From Vitrella brassicaformis CCMP3155 (lineage: Eukaryota > Protista > Chromerida), in the NCBI GenBank assembly GCA_001179505.1, contig CDMY01000144.1, forward strand, positions 117,451 through 181,450: a DNA stretch of 64,000 bases. Reading direction: 5' to 3'. A model generated the notes under the pieces. The model was not told the origin of the DNA and ran no database searches. It worked only from the letters and a program-made list of their open reading frames with translations. This document shows, piece after piece, positions 56,570-64,000 of the stretch; position 1 is the first letter of the stretch; each line of letters begins with the position of its first letter. Made by a program: the position numbers and the translations under genes.

Positions 56570-59540
56570 TTACTTACTTGATACAGGGTGTGAGTATGTG
56601 TGTGCCGAGGGCATCCAGACCGGCTTGGAGCAATCTGCGGCGTGACGATCTCGGGGCGGTGGGCTCCCCCCCCACCCTGCCGAGAAACCGTAGTGGACCT
56701 TGAATGAGAACACCTGCATGGACACACACCCCACACCCCACACACAACACAACGGATACACACGCCCTCCCTCCCTCCACTGTGCGTGCCGTGCCCTCCT
56801 TCCCCTCCCTACGTTGCTTACGGCGCTCTTGTCGCCGATGTGCATAGTGATGAGGAGCCGGTAGCCGACGTCGCACTCGTTGATGCTGCCGTCCATAACG
56901 ACAACACAAACACACATCTGTGTGGGCGCGGTGCGGTCCATCCCTCCATCCATCCATTCATCCTTGGGTGAGTGAATGGGTATTTATGGCACTTACAAGT
57001 TGGGATGCACCTCAAACGACACACTGTCGTTGCTATGGGCAGCCTTCTGCTGTAGCTGCTGCTGCTCGTAGACGGCCGGGTCGCGCAGCGTAGAACACGA
57101 TATCAGCCGGCCCGACGACAGCGCGTCCCTGCCATCCGATGGAACCGGCAAACGGAAAAACTGACCAACACTCATTCCACACAACATAAATTGAGCCTTG
57201 TGTGTGTCTCTGTGCTGGAGGGGAGGGGTGTGGGTTTTCGTGCCCATCATTTTGTTGAGGAGCCGACAGCAACACACACACAACGATTTAGGCCTTGTGC
57301 GTGTGTCGCTGTGTGTGTGGGCGCAAAAGGCCTCTGCTCGCGTCTTGTTGCCGGTTGCCGGTGAAGATCTGGAGCAGACGGTGAATGCGCTGGAACTCGA
57401 CCTCATCATTGTAGGGGGCGCCGTTGGACGTGCCTGCACACAGACGTACACACACACACGCACCGCAGCCACCGCAGGTCACTTGGTGCACACACACTCA
57501 TCCCATCCGCCCGCTTACGCTTTGGACAAATCCGTTGCCAGTCGCCGCTGCTGTTCGCCATGATTTTCGTGTTGGCGGTGACATTTTCGACGGGCAGGTC
57601 GGGAATCTCGCTCACCGTTGTCCTTGCCCACCCTGCACAGCCACGCGACGGGTGTCTCGTGGATGTTGTCGACGTCGTTGAACAGCCCCAGGCGCTTCTC
57701 CTCCTCGGCGTTCTTCTCGGCGCTCTTGTTGTCGTCACGGTGGAACATCTCGTACCTGACAGCCTCGAAAAACCTGACCTGTGGACACACAAAGGCATCA
57801 AATGACAGGAGGGGAGGGGGGCGGTGGGGAGGTCTGCTCGCCCGCTCGCTCACGATAGGCTTGACGAGTGCCTTCTCCTCGTTGCTGCCGCTGGTGTAGA
57901 TGTCGTAGAGGAGCTTGTGGGGCTGTTTGTCGTCGGGCAGCAGGTCGACGAACTTCTGTTCCCCGTTGGCGTCCTGTGTCTCGGCCACGAGCTCCTGAAG
58001 CGGCAGGGTCAGAAAACTGCAACCACACACAACACACACACAGAGAGGGGGGAGGTGGTGGGTACATGTAGGTGTATGGATGNNNNNNNNNNNNNNNNNN
58101 NNNNNNNNNNNNNNNNNNNNNNNNNNNNNNNNNNNNNNNNNNNNNNNNNNNNNNNNNNNNNNNNNNNNNNNNNNNNNNNNNNNNNNNNNNNNNNNNNNNN
58201 NNNNNNNNNNNNNNNNNNNNNNNNNNNNNNNNNNNNNNNNNNNNNNNNNNNNNNNNNNNNNNNNNNNNNNNNNNNNNNNNNNNNNNNNNNNNNNNNNNNN
58301 NNNNNNNNNNNNNNNNNNNNNNNNNNNNNNNNNNNNNNNNNNNNNNNNNNNNNNNNNNNNNNNNNNNNNNNNNNNNNNNNNNAAAACCCACACACAACGA
58401 TTTAGGCCTTGTGCGTGTGTCGGTGTGTGTGGGGGCGCAAAAGACCTCTGCTCGCGTCTTGTTGCCGGTGAAGATCTGGAGCAGACGGTAGATGCGCTGG
58501 AACTCGACCTCATCATTGTAGGGGGAGCCGTTGAGCTTGCCTGCACACACACTCACACAGCAGCCACCGCAGATCAGTGCACGCATCCCACCCGGCTGCT
58601 TACGGTCGGGGCGTGTGTGTTGCCATTCGCCATTGCTGTCATTGCACCAGAACTTGGTCTCGTCGCACTCATCGACGCGCAGGTCCGCCAACGTCAGGTG
58701 CGGCACCAACTCAGCGCACGGTAAGCGATGCAGTCTCGCCATGGCCCCCTGCTGCTGCCCAAACGCCATATTGCTGCTACTGCAAGACGACCTGACACCA
58801 CACAGACAGACAGATATGTGGGCGTGCTGATGGTTAGATGGATCGATCAAGTGCGTCCGTACCCCTGTTGCCTGTGGCTGGTGGTGATGCAATCATGTGG
58901 AGTGTGGGGTCCGCAGACGAGTCGAGCGCACCTGCACACACAAATACATCCTCCCTCCCTCCCCGATCCACACACATGCATACCTGTCTCCTCGATGGTG
59001 AGTTGGTCGCTGCCCCAAACGCACCGCACCGTCAGCCGCTTGCCCGCCTGGATGGTCACCGCTCGTAGGACGTCGCGCTTCACCACGTTGCCGTCCCGGT
59101 CGAGGAAGAGGTACTGGAACTAGATGTCCATGAACACGATGATCCACGCCACGCTCCGTCGGTCGCACGTCAGCGGGATGCTCTCCTCAGCCCCGCATGC
59201 GCCGAGGTACTTGTGGTCGCCGCTGAGCGCCAGCCTGTAGTCGCCCGGAATGGAGAACGGCACGTCGCGCACCTCAAACAGCACCACTGCAGGGGCCGCC
59301 ACACCATACTCGCGTTCAACGAGGCGGCAACAACAATGCCTTTCACCTGAGCATCAGAAGCACAGGAGAGGAGGATACAAGACACGCGCTGTCCCCACCC
59401 ATTTTGTGCGAGAGCCATGCACCGGCTCACCGTCCCCGCATGAAGTTGTCCAAGCAGGTGCGTCAGCATCAATAGCAGAGACACTCCAATATAAAATGTA
59501 GGCGGCGATTGAGGCCGCGTGGGCCTCCTGTGGCTGAAAC
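56570..59540 (-). pseudogene. Decayed, internally duplicated CBM20-containing gene, paralogous to 14857-16760
   Basis: CBM20-like exon VVLFEVRDVPFSIPGDYRLALSGDHKYLG...IPLT...W...DI*FQYLFLDRDGNVV...VRCVWGS with in-frame TAG at ~59120. Frameshifts near 58880 and 56630. Exons match 14857-16760 in sequence and intron phase. Second partial copy 56570-57615. Confidence 0.75.
58083..58382. other. Assembly gap (300 N)
   Basis: Run of N bases; both flanks align to the paralogue at ~15300-16100. Confidence 1.
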
Positions 59541-59577
59541 ACACACACACAAACAGAGGGAGGGAGACACAATGCAT
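59478..59577. repeat. Direct repeat copy B of 56322-56421
   Basis: See copy A. Confidence 0.9.
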
Positions 59578-59599
59578 CCCGACGCAGCATGCACCGCAT

Positions 59600-62060
59600 G
59601 GCACTGCGTGTCGTGCATTCCTGGCTGCGTGAAAGTGGGCGGGCTGCCCTCACCGCATACGGGATGGCCTCGTACAACGCCGTCGTCGCTCATCGACGGC
59701 TCGGCCTTGGCGGCGGCGATAAAGCGGCGCAAATGGGGTGCGCTCATGGTGTGGGGGGCAGCGATATCAACAATGACAAGAGGGCTGCAGCAAACACCGC
59801 GGACCTCACTTTTCGCTGCAGCAAACACCGCACGGCTGAGACCCTTTCTCTCTCTCTCTGCGTGTGTGTGTTTTTGTGTGACCACCGCCTCCCTCCTTCC
59901 CAACTCCCTCACCGCTGACGGGCTTCACTCGAGTCCCATGGCCATGCTCAGTTCCTGCGTGAAGGCCATGTGCACGAACTCTGGCATGTAGCAGCCCTGC
60001 CGGAGGGCACCGACGTGGGCGCGCCGCAGCATGGGGGGGACCTCGGCCATCGGCAGGAGGGCGAACTCCTCCAAGGTGAATGTCCCCGCCGGCGGGAGGG
60101 GCACCAGGGGCGGGGGCAGGTTGGCCGCGGCGAAGGCCGGCGGGGGCAGTTGCACATAGGGCCCAGCTGAGGGCAGGATAACACACACAGAGGGAGGAAT
60201 GGATGTGTGGCCGTCTGGCTGTGTGTGTGTTTGTGTGTGTGAGTGCGTACCAGGAGCCTGCAGGCCGTGTAACTCCTTGGCGGCGTGGGACGCCTTCTCG
60301 GCACGGGCGGCTTCCAACTTATCATCATACTCTGAAGCAGCAACGGCAGACACACACACACACTCAACATGCGTGTTGGAGAATGCGCGCATTCATCCCT
60401 CCCGCCCCGTGTGTGTCGACTGACTGGCTGGGTGTGCTTACTGGCGTGGAACCGCCTGGCCTGGACTTTGAGAACGCGGTTGCGGACGCGGATGAACTCG
60501 AGCCACTCGCGGTGGCTGTCGTCCTCCAACTCGAGCTTCTCCGCCTGCCGCGTCTGCACACACAGACCACGGAGAGAGACATTCCAGCAATGCATCGCCA
60601 TGACAGATTGCCTCCTCGCCAATGGCATGCAGCTGTGCAATGACGCACACCCCTCCGTTCCATGCAGACAGAATGCACTGCGGCACGGCACTGCGCGTCA
60701 CGCATTCCTGGCTGTGTGTCGGTGGGGGGGCTGCCTCACCTCAAATGGAATGGCGTCCCACAACGCCGTCACCTCCTCGTCGCTCATCGAGGGGCTGGCC
60801 TTGACGGCTCCTCAGGTGGGGCGCGCTCATCGTCACGCGGCAGCAGCAGCACTGACAGTCGCACCGAACACTGCAACACGGAACAGCCGCCTTCTCTGGC
60901 CATCTCGATCTCCTCATACCCTCTCATGCTGCTGATCTGCTCGCTCACGCGGGTGATCTGCTCGCTGAGTCGATGCACATCCACCCCATCGGCCCCACTC
61001 CCACCCCCATCCCCGGCGTCGGCGGCATCCATGGCGTCGAAGACTGCAGGACCAGCAGCTCCCACATACGCACACAACATGAGTATTGGAGAGTGATCAA
61101 TCGCTTACTGGCGTAACAGCGGTCGAACGCCTCGAACATCTGCTGCAGGACGGACCTGCAAACAGAAAGGACAATGAAAGTGGTGCATGGGCCTTGTTAG
61201 CGGCCAGCCATCTTACCGGATACTGTCGTAGTTGGGCTTGGCTGGCTTCTTGGCGGCTCTCTTGGCGGGCTTCTTGGTGACTTTCTTCTTCATCGGCGCC
61301 TTGCGCACCTGCTCGGCCTTCGCCGCTGCCTTGCCGCGCTTGGGTGGGGGAGACACCGACCGGCCACGTGGCTTCGGCGCAGCAGACACCTCCGGACGAG
61401 CCTTCTTCTTGCCGGCCCGCTCCTCGTTCTCGTCCTCCTCGACTTCCTCAGCCAGAGGCGGCTTCCCGCCTTTCTTCTTGGGAGGAGAGGGGGATCGTGG
61501 CCTGGCCTTCGTCTTAACTGCTGCGAGGGGCCGGGGATGGGGGATGATGGAGGGCGGCCTCCTCCTGGGAAGCCTTCCACTTGCCTGCGCCCTGGCCGAA
61601 CTCCTTGGTGATGTCCCAGTTGTCCTTGTGGTGGTGGGCATACGCCTCAAACATGTCCCGCAGCAGGGACCTGCCAAAAGAAAAGACAATGAGTGGTGGT
61701 GGGTCTTGTTTGAAACCAATCTTTAAGGTACCGGATGTAGCTGTAGTTTGGCTTGGTCTCGTACTTGTAGCTGTTGAGCTTGACCCACAGCTGCCGCTGC
61801 ACACACCAGGGAGAGCAGGAGACGACAAGGGACACAAGAAGAACAATGCACCTTCCTGTCTCACTCACACGCATCTGGGGTGGCATGGCCTTGGTGAGCT
61901 CGTCGAAGTCCTTCAGCAGCTGCTCCTCGGCCAGTGGGCTGGCCGGCTGGTGGCCGCGCGCAGGTTGTGTAAGCGAAGGGCGGGGGCAGCCTGGCTGGTG
62001 TGGACGGCCTCGACTTTGTCTTGATGACCTCCTTCTCCTGAGGACACAAACAGCAAACAA
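59600..62060 (-). pseudogene. Rearranged gene remnants including two CK1-kinase-like C-terminal modules, a Lys/Ala/Pro-rich segment and duplicated family exons
   Basis: LKDFDELTKAMPPQMRQLWVKLNSYKYETKPNYSYIR-SLLRDMFEAY and PAKPNYDSIR-SVLQQMFEAF. Exon PSMSDEEVTALWDAIPFE (~60745-60800) is duplicated as PSMSD..TALYEAIPYA (~59655-59705). Frameshifts and stops are present. Confidence 0.55.
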
Positions 62061-62376
62061 GCACCCGTATGTCGTGTATGTCTTCTTGCGGTGCGGTTGG
62101 CCTACGGCATGTCGACCAACATCATCTCGAGGACGCGGGAACGGCTGAGGCGTCGCGGGGGTGCTACCGCAAGGGCCGCAGCGAGCAGCGCAGCAGCTGC
62201 CTCTCCGAGATTGGGGGCGAGGAAGGGATCCTTCGTGGTCTTTAGAATCTTCAGGCCTCGCGGATTACACTCCAATATAAATGTAGTGATATCTACCTCT
62301 GATGTCTGGGCTTCTTCCGCGTCGGCTCCAGCCATCCCGACGCCAGCTGTCGCGAGCAGCCGCTGCACCTCCCATG

Positions 62377-62558
62377 ACGTCTCTCGATGGCCGCCGAATT
62401 CGGCGGCCGAATATGCGGAAACACGCAGAGAAAAGAGAAGAGACACGATGAAGTGCCTTTTCTGTCTCCCTTTCGCCCTCACCTACGTACGTACCTGGCA
62501 GGCCGCCGGGCGCAGATCGATATGGATTGAGTAGGTCCATCGGGGATGCAAGGTGGAG
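62377..62558. repeat. ~180-bp direct repeat, copy 1, containing a 20-bp perfect palindrome
   Basis: Near-identical to 63824-64000; GGCCGCCGAATTCGGCGGCC at 62389-62408. Confidence 0.92.
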
Positions 62559-62689
62559 ACGGCGGTCGATCTGTACAGTACCACAAAGGCGGACACGAGA
62601 CACGTAGACGGGAGTTGATCAGTCTGTTTGACAGCTCACCTTCGATGCCCACATGGATGGCGGGGGACGGCAATGCGGTTGAAGGAATT

Positions 62690-63660
62690 GTCATGGGCCC
62701 ATCGGATATAAAATGTAGCCAGCGATTTCTGAGGCCAAACAGAAAGAAGCCTGTTGGTTGACATATTGGATGCATGGATGGATGCACTGCTATCTGCTCA
62801 TTCACCCACCCATCGCCTTCTATCCCCACAGCCACCCCGACGAGAGGGGCAGCCGAGACATTAAGGAGGCAATGGGCTCGGCTAAGGGGCGTGGCACCGC
62901 AGGCAGTCCGACACCAGCAGCAGCAGCAGCAATGCAACAAAACACCGGCCACCGAGCTACAGGGGTTTACAGCACCACCTGCACACAGCACAGCACAGCA
63001 CATCAGACAGACAGACAGAGAGGAGACCATGAGCACAGCTGACCCGCTCTCCCTCTCCCTCCCTCTCCCTCTTTCTCTCTGTGACCACCTCATCCCCCCA
63101 AAACACTCACCAGTTATGGATCAGGGCAGCCCGATGGCCTGGCTCATCTTCCACCAGAACCACCCGTCGACCATCGCCTTAAGGTGGCCCTTGCGCAGCC
63201 GCTGGACAGCCCGTGCCGCCAGCAGCGTCGGCCGCACCGCCCAGGGCACCGCGTGCATGGGCGTCTAGGTGAACTTGAACATCTCCACGGGGCCCAGGGG
63301 CGGCACATAAAACGCCGGCAGCACAGGCAGGGCCAGGTTGGGCACACCACACACGGCAGGTGGCGGATGGTAGTTGTTGTGGGGCGGGGCTGAGCAAAGG
63401 AGCGGACCACACAGACAGACAGACAGACAGGGAGAGAGAAGGGGATGCATATGTATGTGTGGGTATGTATTGTCCCCCCTCCCAGCTCCCTCGCTCCCTC
63501 CCTCCCTCCCTCTCTGTCTGTGTGTGTGTGCCTACGGATGGCCTGCGGCCCGGGGAAGGCATAGTGGTCCTGGGCGGCACCCGTAGTGAAGTTGATGGCG
63601 GCGCCGAACTTGGCGGCCTCCTCCTCCAACAGGGCGGCCTCCACGACTGCACATAGCACA
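62690..63660 (-). pseudogene. Further decayed paralogous exons
   Basis: LPVLPAFYVPPLGPVEMFKFT*TPMHAVPWAVR...MSQAIGLP* (two stops) is homologous to LPPPLVPLPPAGTFTLEEFALLPMAEVPPMLR...LSMAMGLE at ~59925-60130. ASEIAGYILY at ~62700-62740 is homologous to AASIAAYILY. Confidence 0.55.
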
Positions 63661-63823
63661 CAAAAAGAGGGGGAGAGATGTAGTGAGCGAGGGAATCCCC
63701 AAAGCTTTGTGTTCGTCCCTCACATGCACAAGTGCGTTGTGGTGGACAGATGGACGTGTCCATTAGACGCGCCGGTTGGTCGTGGGGGTCCATCGTTGTC
63801 CTGCAGCTTGGCCAACTGCCCAT

Positions 63824-64000
63824 ACGTCTCTCGATGGCCGCCGAATTCGGCGGCCAAATATGCGGAAACAGAGAAAAGAGAAGAGACACGATGAAGTGCC
63901 TTTTCTGTCTCCATTTCTCCCTCACCTACGTACGTACCTGGCAGGCCGCCGGGCGCAGATCGATATGGATTGAGTAGGTCCATCGGGGATGCAAGGTGGA
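63824..64000. repeat. ~180-bp direct repeat, copy 2 (truncated by window end), with a 22-bp palindrome
   Basis: TGGCCGCCGAATTCGGCGGCCA at 63835-63856; matches 62377-62558. Confidence 0.92.

Noticed and set aside
57515-58892. Long ORFs spanning the N run
   Set aside because: Artefacts of translating Ns as X; the real exons on either side are annotated separately.
59469-59540. RRLHFILECL, resembling kinase subdomain V
   Set aside because: Intron phase and the four-copy alignment favour the other frame (AASIAAYILYWSV); no kinase motifs flank it.
59600-59700. Apparent zinc-finger-like string GHPVCGEG...HDTQCH (minus strand)
   Set aside because: Out-of-frame reading through a GTGAGG donor; the conserved frame shared with 60745-60800 is TALYEAIPYA.
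1-64000. Abundant (CA)n, (TCTG)n, (CATC)n, (GA)n and (GGCA)n tracts and the Thr/His- or Val/Cys-rich ORFs they create
   Set aside because: Routine intronic microsatellites of this genome type. No rRNA, tRNA, transposase or reverse-transcriptase signature was recognised anywhere in the window.

Overview
Eukaryotic, GC-rich, intron-dense genomic DNA. Short introns are packed with CA/GT, TCTG, CATC and GA microsatellites, and several proteins carry signal peptide + Phe bipartite plastid leaders. The style fits a chromerid alveolate such as Vitrella brassicaformis (inference only). I spliced gene models by hand from GT/AG sites, so exon edges and some starts are approximate. I recognise about 15 genes: plastid EngB GTPase, U1A/U2B''-type RRM protein, a secreted unknown protein, a multipass membrane protein with two lesions, phospholipase B-like, a chimeric lineage-specific gene, an Sfi1-like giant protein, a secreted beta-rich protein, a rhodopsin-histidine kinase-guanylyl cyclase, a DUSP11-like RNA triphosphatase, a DHX57-like helicase, plastid trigger factor, a TPR protein, DUF4336 and a polybasic GH10. 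The last 8 kb is a cluster of decayed paralogues and contains a 300-N gap. The standout is 29976-38109 (+). It encodes an 8-TM microbial rhodopsin with intact retinal Lys, fused to HisKA-HATPase, two receivers, a pseudo-receiver and an intact guanylyl cyclase (a 2c-Cyclop-like enzymerhodopsin). Its retinal pocket has an Asp/Asp/Glu carboxylate set resembling the far-red NeoR/bestrhodopsin pattern. No rRNA, tRNA, CRISPR array or recognisable transposase was seen.
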